From positions 12,217-76,216 of IMG/VR virus record IMGVR_UViG_3300025576_000001: DNA of 64,000 nucleotides. The stretch is one strand, 5' to 3'. Shown piece after piece: positions 28,310 to 38,675 of the stretch. A program made the position numbers and the translations under genes. This DNA comes from a virus. The notes under the pieces were generated by a model. That model was not told the origin of the DNA. It worked only from the letters and a program-made list of their open reading frames with translations, and did not search any database. Every line of letters begins with the position of its first letter. Position 1 is the first letter of the stretch.

Positions 28310-29863
28310 ATGGCCGGCTCCAAGACCCACATGATTCAGAACCCCCGCGAGGAAGTGATCTCGCCGGACCTCACGCGCATCGGTCAGCTCGCAGCGCGTG
28401 AGCAGCAGAACGCCGACATGGCGAGAGCCGTGCGGGCGGACTTCTACCAGCCACACCTCACGGCGCCAGTAATCGACGACTTCGGGTCAAGCGACCGCAG
28501 CGCTGCGGCTGGCCCCATCGCTGCCGCGCTTTCGCCGCCTTCGCTCGATGCCATCGCGGGCAGCTTAAACATGCAGCTCGGGGCGGGAGAAGTCGAAGTG
28601 CTCGACCCGACGAACCCAGGCGGGACCGACGTGTCGCCCTGGAGCGTCGCTCGGTGGGTCGCTCAGACGATCACGTGGCCGCTGCTGGCGAACCCGGACG
28701 CGACCAACCCCAAGATCGCGACCATCATCGCGACGCCTGCAGACGTGCAGAACGATCAGCAGAGCCGCAACATCCTCCTGAATCCGGCGACGCGACAGAT
28801 GCAGCCGCAGAACGTCTACAAGACCAGCGACCCAGCGGCCACCGTTTCGGTCATCGCCGGTTCCGCCACCAACCCAGTGTTCCCCGCTACACTACCGGCG
28901 GGTGCGGTCGCGCTGTTCGACCTCCTGATGCCTCCCGGCGCCACTCAGTCGTCGCAGTTTCTCATCACACGGCGCTGCTGGCGCAATATCGAGTTCCCCG
29001 GCACCTCCCAGCACGGCATCCTGAAGGGCTGTGTCCCGACGTGGGCCTATGCCAACGAATCGACCGGCGCAACGGCTTCCCTCATAACGGGCGCAACGGT
29101 TCACCGGCCCATCATCGACGGTGAGTTGCTGACGTTCACGGCGTTCGGCTACCTCACCGCAGTCGCCGACACCGCCAACCCGCCGGGCACCGCGCCGGCC
29201 GGGAACGACCTGCCGACCTACCTGTACCTCTGCGGCGGGCGCAACTGGCCATGTTGCACGTTCGCATTCGGCGGCGCGGCTGCGTCGCCCGTACTGCTGA
29301 TTGAGAGTACGACGCCGCCCGACTGCATGGGCTACCCGTCAGCACCGCTCGGTTACGGCGGCCAGACCATCGGCCAGAACGCAGCGCTGTTCATCGGCAA
29401 CGGCTTCAGGATTGCGGGCACGACTCTCAGCAAGTCTTTGTTCTACGATGGCGACTTCGTTCGACCGCAGGCCAGCACGGTTACGCTGTGCGGTTTCCAC
29501 GTCGGCGCTGGCGATCACTTCACGACAGGCAGCACGACGCCGGTATCGTTGGCGATGGCCGGGATCCCCGCCAACACGACGGTGCTCGAACTGCAGGCCA
29601 TGATCTCGGGGACCGCCACGACCTATCCGCAGATCCTGAGTGTGCTGAACGGCATCGGAGGCGGTCCGGCCATCTACGCGACCATACCGGCCGCCAACGG
29701 AGCGGCCACCGTTGCGAGCGTGCAGAGCGCAGCGGCGCGGATCGCGCGCCCGGGGTCCGACACCATCCAGTACACGGCATACGACAACACGGCGCCGTCG
29801 AGTGCGACCATCGACATCAGACCCGCGGCCTACAACATGAACATCCCCCGCATCGCGAGGTAA
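28310..29863 (+). CDS. tail / fibre-associated protein
   Basis: AAGGA RBS; position after the baseplate; Thr/Ala/Gly-rich. Confidence 0.65.
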   Translation: MAGSKTHMIQNPREEVISPDLTRIGQLAAREQQNADMARAVRADFYQPHLTAPVIDDFGSSDRSAAAGPIAAALSPPSLDAIAGSLNMQLGAGEVEVLDPTNPGGTDVSPWSVARWVAQTITWPLLANPDATNPKIATIIATPADVQNDQQSRNILLNPATRQMQPQNVYKTSDPAATVSVIAGSATNPVFPATLPAGAVALFDLLMPPGATQSSQFLITRRCWRNIEFPGTSQHGILKGCVPTWAYANESTGATASLITGATVHRPIIDGELLTFTAFGYLTAVADTANPPGTAPAGNDLPTYLYLCGGRNWPCCTFAFGGAAASPVLLIESTTPPDCMGYPSAPLGYGGQTIGQNAALFIGNGFRIAGTTLSKSLFYDGDFVRPQASTVTLCGFHVGAGDHFTTGSTTPVSLAMAGIPANTTVLELQAMISGTATTYPQILSVLNGIGGGPAIYATIPAANGAATVASVQSAAARIARPGSDTIQYTAYDNTAPSSATIDIRPAAYNMNIPRIAR

Positions 29864-29865
29864 CG

Positions 29866-32829
29866 ATGTCCTTCGACTCGACGACAATCGGACTCAGCAT
29901 CAACGGCAACACGCCGCAGGCGACTTGGCGGCAGGACGCGGCGGCGGGTAACTCGATCGTCGCCAGTCTGTCGAGCGCCATCGGCGTCAACACCTATTCC
30001 TGGCAGCTCGTCGGACGCCCCGAGGGGTCGACGGCGGGCGGCACCGGCCCCGAACCGTGCTCACTCGGCACCGCTACGACGTGTTCATTCACGGTCGATA
30101 TTCCCGGCACCTACATCGTTTCGTGTCTGCTGAACGGCGGCGCGACCGACGCCACCATCCTCACGGCCGGGATCGCGATCCTCGAAACCATCACGACCGC
30201 CGACGGGCGCAGCCTGCGGCTCATCGGACCCGGTGAGACCAACCAGGACATCCACGACCCACTGGTGGCGCAGGGCTGGATCAAGGAGTTGAACCGCTGG
30301 CTGCGCTACCTGAGTGCCGTCAGCGGTGGAGGCGGAGGCAGCGACCACTTGGTGCTGGTGAATACTGGCGGCATCTACGGCACGCTTTCGGCCGTCATCA
30401 TGTCGGCAGACGGTTCGGTGGTGGCGGCCGTGGACCCATCGAGCGGAAAGCTCAATTTGAGCGCCGTCGGCTCTCTTAGCCCAGCGACTCTGTACTATCT
30501 TGCCGGGACGATGCACGCCTCACCAACGCAGTTGACTCGCGTGGCGACACTGAACGCCAACTACTACGCGGCTTCGCTGACTTCTTCCTACGCAGCCATC
30601 CTCGTGGCGTCCGCTCCCGCCAGCGATCCGGGCCTGATTGCCTTGCCGGCGGGCACCTACAAGCTCAAGCTATGGTGCTTTGCCGGTCAGGCCAGTACCG
30701 TGTACTTCACGGTTTCGATGGGCGGAGGCGTCGGTGTGGTGGCGACTAGCGCACCCGTGAATCTTGCCACGGGGAGCACACTGACCGAAATCACACTGAT
30801 CGCGACTAGCACCATCGATCAGCCAGTGCCCGACACGACTCAGCCGATCGTGCTGACCATCTGGGCGAAGCAGAATACTGGCAGCGGCGGGACCCTCACG
30901 GTGGGCGATGGCGTCTCGACGTTGACCAGCCTTACGGTGCCATTCGCGAGCAATCACGCTTATACACATCTGATAGCTGGTAACGATGCTCTGCCGGCCG
31001 CAAGCACCAGCGTGGCGGGCCTCATCGCTCTTGACCGAGCGACGCTACCTCAACCAAACGGCATCGCCGCGCCGGGTAGTAGCACCAAGACGCTGCCACA
31101 GGATCATGTCCACGCCGCCGACGACACGGTCAACGGCGACCTGTGGATCTATCAGGACGAAACGTCGGCTGCACTGTTTCGCTCGCCATCTCCCGACACG
31201 GGCGACAGTCTCAGTGTCGCGATCACCTCCTCAAGCCCAGGATACCTATTCCAGAATGCCATCACGCCACTCGGAGATCCGAACCTTGTGACGTGGAAGG
31301 CCGGCGTCGCGCGATTCCGCCTGTCGGTAGGCGTGACTGCTATTTCGGGCACGCCGTCGGCTGAATTGCTCGCGACGCTTAGCCGCATCCCTGCGGGCGG
31401 TGGCGCCGGCACGGCGCTCATCTCGGGCGTGTCGCTCGGTACGATCACCAACACCAGCCTCGCGCTGCTATCCTGCGATCTCGCACTTCCGGCCAGCACC
31501 GGAGCGAGCACTGATGTCATCGCGCTGACGATTCAGGCGACGACCACCAACCCAGCGTCCACGACGGTGACGATCGGTTGCTCGGCGCCGAACCCCAGCA
31601 GCATCAATCTGCCGATCGCGATCCCGGCAGGCGCCGGAACCTTCAGCGGGACCGCGACGGGGCTGCAGACCGCAACGACCGTCGTGGCGATCTCGGCCTC
31701 GGCGGCACCGACCAACGGCGATGTCTTGGTGGCGAGCGGTAGCAGCACAGCCGCCTGGGTGGCCATGCCGGATACTACGGCGACGGGACTGCGGGCCGAA
31801 GATGGAAGCATCGTCCATACGGAACCGGCCTCTCCTCCGTCTGCTGGTCAAGTTTTGACCGCCGTGTCTCCCACAGCGGCGACCTGGCAGACGCCAACAG
31901 CCGCCGCGCTCGCAAGCGCCAGCACGACAGTGAACGTCAGTGCCGCCACTGCTCCCACCGAGGGTCAGGTCTTGACCGCCACGTCCGGGACGACGGCAGA
32001 CTGGCAGACGCCCGACACGGGCGCCACGACCGCGCAGGCACTCGCGACCACAGGATCGCACGTCGTCGTCAACACCGCCGCGCCCCCCATCGCCGGGCAG
32101 GCCCTCATCGCGACCAGTCCCACCGCCGCCGCCTGGGCGATGCCATTCCCGCCGGATCTACAGTCCTACGCCATCAGCGAGGACTTCATGGGCGGCGCCC
32201 TACTGCTCGCACAGACAGCCAATGGCGCGGCCGTCGGAGCGGCCACATGCGTCGATCTCTCGGGCACCTATAGCGCCACCAGTCGCATCGTCGACACGAC
32301 CACCGGACGCGCCGGAGTGATCGAGGCCAACGCCAGTATCACCAACGGATATTGTTGGGTCAACACCACTGAGAACTTCTACAAACTGCAAACGGGACAG
32401 TTCGTGTTCGAGACCTTCGTTCGGGTGCCTGCTCTCGGAGGATTGAGCGAGTTTCAGGTGTATGCCGGATGGAACGTCGCTAACATCGGAACCGGCAGTC
32501 CGCACTTCGCGCTGGTTTACAACGAGTTGGTGAGCACGCACTGGATATTCGAGTGTGACGTGTCGGGCGCAAAGTATTCATTCGACACAAGCGTAACCGT
32601 CACCGCCGGACAGTGGTACAGACTCACCTTCGTGCTCGACGGATCCAACGTCAATGTTTTGATTGACGAGGTGGCGATCCGCACAGAAGCGTGGTCACTG
32701 GCGAGCGGGACGGGTGGACAGTTCACGGCCGTTGGAGTGACGAACCTGAACGGTCATGCCGCTGCGGTGGCAGATTGCGACAAGTATAATCTCTGGAGCA
32801 CGGCCCTGGGGCCGTCCAATACGCGATAG
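29866..32829 (+). CDS. tail fibre / receptor-binding protein
   Basis: GAGG RBS; PKD-like N-term (YSWQLVGRPEGS..FTVDIPGTY), four P..GQVL.A.S.T.A.W repeats, ConA/LamG-like C-term (GQWYRL...DG). Confidence 0.7.
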   Translation: MSFDSTTIGLSINGNTPQATWRQDAAAGNSIVASLSSAIGVNTYSWQLVGRPEGSTAGGTGPEPCSLGTATTCSFTVDIPGTYIVSCLLNGGATDATILTAGIAILETITTADGRSLRLIGPGETNQDIHDPLVAQGWIKELNRWLRYLSAVSGGGGGSDHLVLVNTGGIYGTLSAVIMSADGSVVAAVDPSSGKLNLSAVGSLSPATLYYLAGTMHASPTQLTRVATLNANYYAASLTSSYAAILVASAPASDPGLIALPAGTYKLKLWCFAGQASTVYFTVSMGGGVGVVATSAPVNLATGSTLTEITLIATSTIDQPVPDTTQPIVLTIWAKQNTGSGGTLTVGDGVSTLTSLTVPFASNHAYTHLIAGNDALPAASTSVAGLIALDRATLPQPNGIAAPGSSTKTLPQDHVHAADDTVNGDLWIYQDETSAALFRSPSPDTGDSLSVAITSSSPGYLFQNAITPLGDPNLVTWKAGVARFRLSVGVTAISGTPSAELLATLSRIPAGGGAGTALISGVSLGTITNTSLALLSCDLALPASTGASTDVIALTIQATTTNPASTTVTIGCSAPNPSSINLPIAIPAGAGTFSGTATGLQTATTVVAISASAAPTNGDVLVASGSSTAAWVAMPDTTATGLRAEDGSIVHTEPASPPSAGQVLTAVSPTAATWQTPTAAALASASTTVNVSAATAPTEGQVLTATSGTTADWQTPDTGATTAQALATTGSHVVVNTAAPPIAGQALIATSPTAAAWAMPFPPDLQSYAISEDFMGGALLLAQTANGAAVGAATCVDLSGTYSATSRIVDTTTGRAGVIEANASITNGYCWVNTTENFYKLQTGQFVFETFVRVPALGGLSEFQVYAGWNVANIGTGSPHFALVYNELVSTHWIFECDVSGAKYSFDTSVTVTAGQWYRLTFVLDGSNVNVLIDEVAIRTEAWSLASGTGGQFTAVGVTNLNGHAAAVADCDKYNLWSTALGPSNTR

Positions 32830-32844
32830 AGAAAGAAGGGAACC

Positions 32845-33231
32845 ATGAACGTCTTCGATCCGAAACGCAATCCGAACATCAGCATCCCGATCCCGGGCGA
32901 TATGTCGACAAGCTGGCAGTCCGTTCCGATCTGGATTGCCAAGCTCCAGAAGCCGCTTTCGCTTGAGGTGTCGTGGCCCGCGACCGGCAGTCCCGTCGGA
33001 GTGTTTTCGCTCGTGGCGATGAACAACCCGAACGATGCTAGCGGGGCGCCGCTCCCGGCGTTCGCGCTTTCGGGGTGGACCGCAGTGCAGCCAAACGGCA
33101 GCGCCGGGAACGCATTCGTCGACAACATCCCGACCGCCGCGAGCTACGTGGCGCTCGTCTACACCGCCGGTAGTGGCGGAGTCGGAGCGGTTCCGACGGC
33201 GACCCTCGGGCTGACGGCCATCGGCTTCTAG
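32845..33231 (+). CDS. hypothetical protein
   Basis: RBS present; beta-rich, 128 aa. Confidence 0.6.
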   Translation: MNVFDPKRNPNISIPIPGDMSTSWQSVPIWIAKLQKPLSLEVSWPATGSPVGVFSLVAMNNPNDASGAPLPAFALSGWTAVQPNGSAGNAFVDNIPTAASYVALVYTAGSGGVGAVPTATLGLTAIGF

Positions 33232-33234
33232 GAG

Positions 33235-33870
33235 ATGACCATGAAACTCCATCTTCTCACACTCTGCGCGCTCCTGGCTCTCGGCTGCCACTCGGGGAGC
33301 CATCGTCTCGGGGCGATGCCATACATCAACGGCGGCGGCAGCACGACCGGCGGCAACGGCTGCACGGCTACGCCTTTCACGGTCAGTTACAGCGATTCGA
33401 TGTTTCAGGTAGCGAGCGCGACGGCGACCAAGACGCTAGGCACGCTGACCTCGGTTCGGCAGTTGCTTTGCGACCCGACAACGATGGACCCGCAGGTTGC
33501 GTTCACGGGCTCGACCATCACGACCGGCACTATGACCGCTACCACGACCACAACCGGGACAGCAACCGCCACCAGCACGGCGACCGCCACCGGAACGTCC
33601 GCGTTTGGCGCGGGTTATCCGACGTGCTCGCTCGGCAGCGCCAACAATCCAACGCTCTATTTACCTGCTCTCTACGTCGGCCAGACGGCGCAGGGGGTGC
33701 TGACAGGGGGGATCTTCAATTCGCATTACACGGCGAGCGATAGCAGCCTTGCGGTGGTCCTCTACTGCAATACGGGCGGGGGCAATTGGGGCACCGGCGC
33801 GGCGACCAATTTGACCGCAGGCAAGCTCTGGATCACGGTCGGGACGATCACTCTCCCGGCGGGGTCGTGA
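33235..33870 (+). CDS. putative lipoprotein, Thr-rich
   Basis: Signal peptide with lipobox-like LALGC. Confidence 0.6.
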   Translation: MTMKLHLLTLCALLALGCHSGSHRLGAMPYINGGGSTTGGNGCTATPFTVSYSDSMFQVASATATKTLGTLTSVRQLLCDPTTMDPQVAFTGSTITTGTMTATTTTTGTATATSTATATGTSAFGAGYPTCSLGSANNPTLYLPALYVGQTAQGVLTGGIFNSHYTASDSSLAVVLYCNTGGGNWGTGAATNLTAGKLWITVGTITLPAGS

Positions 33871-33871
33871 C

Positions 33872-36235
33872 ATGCGGCGCGCCCTCCTGGTCCTGGTGCT
33901 GTTGGCCGGCCTCGTGGGGACGGCCCGCGCGGGCAATCTGTACGTCGCGACGACTGGCAGCGATTCGGCGGCCTGCTCGCTCGCAGCTCCCTGTCAGACA
34001 ATCGCGCATGTGCAGACGGTCGCGCAGGGACTAATCGCCTCGGGCCTGACTCAGCCGCTGTACATCTGGGTCCACGCGGGCACGTACCAGCAGAGCACGG
34101 GCCTGACATTCGGCGCGGCCGACTCGGGCACTAGCAGCTTTCCAGTGTACTGGCTGGGATTCCCCGGTGAGCCTGCACCCGTCATCTCGGGCGGCGCACC
34201 CGTGACCGGATGGACCCACGACACCGGCTCAATCTACAAGGCCAATGTCGGCACTTCATGGAATTTCCGACAACTCTACGTCAACCCAGGCTTGCCACAT
34301 GGGGTACATGCGCAGCGAGCACGGGGCACTTACCAGCCGGCCGGGTGGGTCCGCACGTCTACCGGGTACACGCCCCCGGACGATTCCATGGAGGCATGGG
34401 GCAATCCCACGGACGTCGAGATCGTGAGCCTCGGACCGTGGTCCATGGATCGCCTCAAGGCAGCGTCTCTGTCTGGAGGTCTCAGCGTCACGATCAACAT
34501 GTTATCAGGTCCCGTCACCACCTGGAATTATCAAGGACCTTATGCCTCCACGGAAGTGGGCATGCCATTTACCTCGGACGTGGCAGGTCAGGTGACCGGA
34601 CTGCGTTTCTGGCGTTCACAGCTTAATGGAGCCGACACCGGGACGCATATCGGGCACCTGTGGGACGCCGTAGGGAACCTCCTCGCCACGGCCACTTTTG
34701 CGGCATCCAGCATAACTGGCTGGGATGATGTGCAGTTGATCCCACCCGTCAGCATCTTGGCATCCACGACCTATGTTGTCTCCTACGAGACTGGCCCAAT
34801 CATAACTGCCACTTATGGCATATGGCCGGTCGACAATGCCCCGTTGCACGCGACAGGAGGATCGCTCTCGACCACCCCTGGATTGTTCCCGAGTACCCCT
34901 ACCGCTCACACCTATTGGGTAGATCTGGATTTTACTTACACTGGACCTCCGAGCAATGCCATCGTGATGGCAAATCCTGGCTGGACGAACCAACAAGGCA
35001 TCCTGGCATCGTATGATGTAAATCCCACGCCAACGTGGGTGGAAAATGCCTATGAACTGATGTCCTCGGGATACTGGTATCTCGACAGGACGTCAGGGTA
35101 CCTGTACTATTGGCCTCCCTCGGGCTCGATGGCCGGCACCACCGTCGTGGCTCCCGTGGTGGATCCCTTGTTGACCGTCTCGGGGGGAAGCTATATCCAG
35201 TTCGGCTCGCCCACCAATCCCCTCGTCTTCGCGTACTCGAACTGGGTCGGGCCGGACTCCACGACAGGGTATGTAGGAGAGCAGAATGGCTATACATGGG
35301 TGACGGTCTCCACAGCCATACAGACCCTCGATGCAGCCCTGGTGATTAATGGCAGCACGAATATCTCTTTCAATGGGGATCAGCTCTCCCATCTCGGTTC
35401 GCGGGTATTCCTGATCGAGGACGGCAGCTCCAACGTCAGCATCATCAACAACAGGTTCGACGACAATGCGGCCGGGGCCGTCCAGATTGGCACCATCGGA
35501 ACCTGTCCCGCCGGCTGTCCTTCTTTCGTGCGAGAGAATGATGTCCTGTTCGCAAACAACATCATAGCGACCGGCAACGATTTTGATTATCTGGACACTG
35601 GCGCCATCTTCGCGCCTGCCATGTCCAATTCCACAATCGCCAATAATGAGATTGACAGCATACCGTGGGGACCCGTCACGCTTGGCTGGGGATGGGGAGC
35701 GACACCCTATTGCTCGAACAACACTGTCAACAACAACAGCATAAACAATCCCTGCATCGGGCCTCCACGGCTTGGCTGGGATTGTGGAAGCATATATTCA
35801 GTGGGAGCCCAGTCCTCAGCGAGTACCTATGCGACAGGCTTGTTCGTCACGGGAAATTATTCACAGGGATCCGTGGGCGCTCTGCCAGTTTCCGGGGGTT
35901 TGTATCTCGACACGGGTACTGCCTGGAGCACCTGGGAAAACAACAACATGCTTGGCTCTTACAATTACTGGGCCGAGATCGGTTCGCAGGCCAACAACGA
36001 CAAATTGCTCAACAACTACACGGACAATAATGTCCTCATCAACAATGGGGTGAACATCACCATCGTCGGTCCCATCGTCATCCCGGGCAGTGCCCAGGCA
36101 TTCGGCACGGGAGCGCGATCCATAGTCTGCGGTGCCGGCGTGCCTGGCTCGACGGCCTGCACGACGCCAACGCTCTGGCCGACCTGGCAGAGCGGCGTGG
36201 GCGCGACGTGGAGTCACCCGCAGATTGGACCATGA
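33872..36235 (+). CDS. secreted right-handed beta-helix (GH141/pectin-lyase-like) protein with DUF4082-like insert
   Basis: Signal peptide MRRALLVLVLLAGLVGTARA; LYVATTGSD, VHAGTY, ISGG, FRQLYVN, WYLDR..G.LYY.P, Asn ladders; insert EVG..FTSDVAGQVTGLRFW...YWVD. Confidence 0.75.
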   Translation: MRRALLVLVLLAGLVGTARAGNLYVATTGSDSAACSLAAPCQTIAHVQTVAQGLIASGLTQPLYIWVHAGTYQQSTGLTFGAADSGTSSFPVYWLGFPGEPAPVISGGAPVTGWTHDTGSIYKANVGTSWNFRQLYVNPGLPHGVHAQRARGTYQPAGWVRTSTGYTPPDDSMEAWGNPTDVEIVSLGPWSMDRLKAASLSGGLSVTINMLSGPVTTWNYQGPYASTEVGMPFTSDVAGQVTGLRFWRSQLNGADTGTHIGHLWDAVGNLLATATFAASSITGWDDVQLIPPVSILASTTYVVSYETGPIITATYGIWPVDNAPLHATGGSLSTTPGLFPSTPTAHTYWVDLDFTYTGPPSNAIVMANPGWTNQQGILASYDVNPTPTWVENAYELMSSGYWYLDRTSGYLYYWPPSGSMAGTTVVAPVVDPLLTVSGGSYIQFGSPTNPLVFAYSNWVGPDSTTGYVGEQNGYTWVTVSTAIQTLDAALVINGSTNISFNGDQLSHLGSRVFLIEDGSSNVSIINNRFDDNAAGAVQIGTIGTCPAGCPSFVRENDVLFANNIIATGNDFDYLDTGAIFAPAMSNSTIANNEIDSIPWGPVTLGWGWGATPYCSNNTVNNNSINNPCIGPPRLGWDCGSIYSVGAQSSASTYATGLFVTGNYSQGSVGALPVSGGLYLDTGTAWSTWENNNMLGSYNYWAEIGSQANNDKLLNNYTDNNVLINNGVNITIVGPIVIPGSAQAFGTGARSIVCGAGVPGSTACTTPTLWPTWQSGVGATWSHPQIGP

Positions 36236-36252
36236 CCGAGGAGTAGCACCCC

Positions 36253-36780
36253 ATGACCCCGCCCCTCGTACAACTCGCATCCTACGGCCCCGGTTGGGCT
36301 ATGCTGGCAGTGTTTGCGGGCGTGTTGCTGGCGCTTGGCCTGGGCATCTGTGGCTTGCTCAAGTGGATCCTTGAGAAGCAGTACGCGACGTTTCGCGAAG
36401 ACCATCGGGACACGCGCACGTTCACCGCAACGGCCATCGAAGCATTACGGGACATTCGCAATGCCTGCGACCACTGTCACGCCGATGTGGTGGCGACGGT
36501 CAAACAGGAGTTGGGGCAGGCGGCGGACAAAATCATTGACTCCGTGTGGGCATCGAACGAGCGCATGGTGGCGCTGTCCAGAGAGAGCAGCAAGGACATC
36601 GTCTCGGCAATTGGGCGCGAAGAAGACAGGACCATCGAGACGATACGGAACGGGCTAGCGGCCATCCAGCGCGACAACGACCTGAGCCAACGAATTCAGA
36701 CCCCGCCGCCCGTGCTCGGCGTGGGCAGCCAGGTCAGAGACAGCGCGGCCCCGTCGCCATCTCGGAGGTCTGCGCGGTGA
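36253..36780 (+). CDS. single-TM protein (holin-like candidate)
   Basis: GAGGAG RBS; N-terminal hydrophobic helix followed by a helical soluble part. Confidence 0.5.
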   Translation: MTPPLVQLASYGPGWAMLAVFAGVLLALGLGICGLLKWILEKQYATFREDHRDTRTFTATAIEALRDIRNACDHCHADVVATVKQELGQAADKIIDSVWASNERMVALSRESSKDIVSAIGREEDRTIETIRNGLAAIQRDNDLSQRIQTPPPVLGVGSQVRDSAAPSPSRRSAR

Positions 36781-37106
36781 TCCACCCATGGTTCTGGCTC
36801 GACATGGGCGTGCTGATGGTGGGCTCGTTCGTGCTCGGCTGGAATGCACACCTGTGGCTCTGCATGCGCCGCAAGGGCTGTCCTGTGTGGTTAGAGGAAG
36901 ACGCGCGGGTCTGGAATCCCAAGGCTGAATTGAACGGCTGGCACCGACGGAGGAAGCGGCCTGCGCTGGTGCCAGACGAAGCGTGGCAGGGCTGGCGGCC
37001 AGCACCGCCAGTTGACAGCGAGAACGAAACGGGCATACCATCCCAACGCAGAGACACGCCCACGGCAGAAACGGACGTGGCGAACAAAGATAGGAGAACT
37101 CCATGA
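36777..37106 (+). CDS. small membrane protein
   Basis: GTGA overlap; one TM segment. Confidence 0.5.
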   Translation: MIHPWFWLDMGVLMVGSFVLGWNAHLWLCMRRKGCPVWLEEDARVWNPKAELNGWHRRRKRPALVPDEAWQGWRPAPPVDSENETGIPSQRRDTPTAETDVANKDRRTP

Positions 37107-38029
37107 CGAAAGCGATTTCCCTCATCCTCTCGATTTTCGGCGTCCTGGTGACGGCCGGGCTGGCATTCGCCGGGACGGTGCCCCCGAAGTGGGGCCTGGT
37201 CATCGGCGCGGCTGTCACCGTCGCGTATGGCGTCGAGCGCACCTTGCAGAAGATTCTGGCGGGCGCCACCCTCAAGAGTCTGCTGTCCACCACGGAAGCA
37301 TGGGGCGCGGCGCTCACCATTTTAGCCGCTCTCGCGACCGCAATCACTGGCGTTGTGCCTGTCCACTACGCGACCGCCATCGCGGCCATCGCTGTGATCA
37401 TGCTGCGATTCGGGCGAGCCCTCCAGGGAGGAGCGGCCGTCGTGGCGCCACCCACTGCTGGGCAGCTATCCGACAAGCCCGGCCCGCGTCTTTCCAGCGC
37501 TGGCCCGATGGGTCGCTCTGGTAGCGGCTACGACAAGGGCAGCAGCCTCGTCAGCGTCATGATCGTGCTGGTCGGCGCGGCCCTGGCAATTCTGGCGACC
37601 ACGCGCATCTGCAAGGCGCAGACCCCGAGCCCGCAGGCCATCGGCTGCTTTGACTTGGCGAACAAGTGGTGTGTGGTCCCCGCAGGCGCGGCTGGGTGGC
37701 AGGTCAATCTGAAGACCGGCTCCGTTGCGAACGGCGTCGCTCTCGCTGGTCTCGTCCTGCAACACGAACTCGGCTCCATCCCCGTGGGCGTGGGGCTCTA
37801 TGGCGGTCTCGGCGCCAGTACCAACAACCAGAGCAGCTATCAGGGCTGTGCGGGAATCTCCGTGACGAACTTCGGCCTGCTGTGCATCGGTGCCCAGCAC
37901 GCGACGTTCAGCGACGGTTCGACCGCGTGGCAGGGCATGCTGACGTTCGCGGGGCAGTTGACCTTCGGCGGCACGCCCGCGTACATGCGCGAGGCGGCGG
38001 CCAAGGCGGAACGGGGAGCGTCCAAGTGA
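37103..38029 (+). CDS. multi-TM membrane protein (holin-like N-term, beta-rich C-term)
   Basis: AGGAG RBS; 4-5 hydrophobic helices. Confidence 0.6.
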   Translation: MTKAISLILSIFGVLVTAGLAFAGTVPPKWGLVIGAAVTVAYGVERTLQKILAGATLKSLLSTTEAWGAALTILAALATAITGVVPVHYATAIAAIAVIMLRFGRALQGGAAVVAPPTAGQLSDKPGPRLSSAGPMGRSGSGYDKGSSLVSVMIVLVGAALAILATTRICKAQTPSPQAIGCFDLANKWCVVPAGAAGWQVNLKTGSVANGVALAGLVLQHELGSIPVGVGLYGGLGASTNNQSSYQGCAGISVTNFGLLCIGAQHATFSDGSTAWQGMLTFAGQLTFGGTPAYMREAAAKAERGASK

Positions 38030-38675
38030 CCCGCCTTCGTGACTTCTTCGGCTGCCTGGTCTGCATCGCGCTCGTGACGGCGGCGTTCTTCGCGACCGAC
38101 GGGAGGACAGCATGATCCTGTTTCTCGTAGGCTTCCTGTTCGGCGCAGTGGTGATGTACGGTGGTCTTGCGTTGTCGGATTTACCGTTTTTGCAGGAGTG
38201 CAGCCGCCTTATCGCAGACGCAAGGAAGTTGAACGACGATACCGCTTCCTACTTCAAGGGGAGGTCAGCGTGACCACCGGCAAGGCGGCAGTTTTTGCGG
38301 CTGAGTTCAACCGCAAGCGCATGGACTTCGGCGGTGTCGCGAATTGCCAGCCATCGCCCGTCGAGTGTGTGCGTGCGGGCTGCGAGGCCATGCGCTACCT
38401 GATGCTGTCCGAGGAGGACGAATCGCAGCTTTCCGTGGCTGACCAGGACATCTACACCAACATCGTGGGAGAGCACTAACATGACCCAATCCCTCGAATT
38501 TCGTCGGGCCATCTTCGCCGCTGCCTTCATTGCCGAGGGCAACAAGTTTCAGGGCCGCACGAAGGAAGACTGCATCCGTGAGGGGCTGCACCAGGTGCGC
38601 AGTCTCCAGTCCGTTGACCTGACCAAACTCACCCTCGACGAGCAAGGCGAACTTGCGGAATTGGTGACACCATGA
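38026..38675 (+). CDS. four small coupled ORFs (38026-38115, 38112-38273, 38270-38479, 38481-38675)
   Basis: Chain of GTGA/ATGA overlaps with RBSs; the first two are hydrophobic. Confidence 0.5.
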
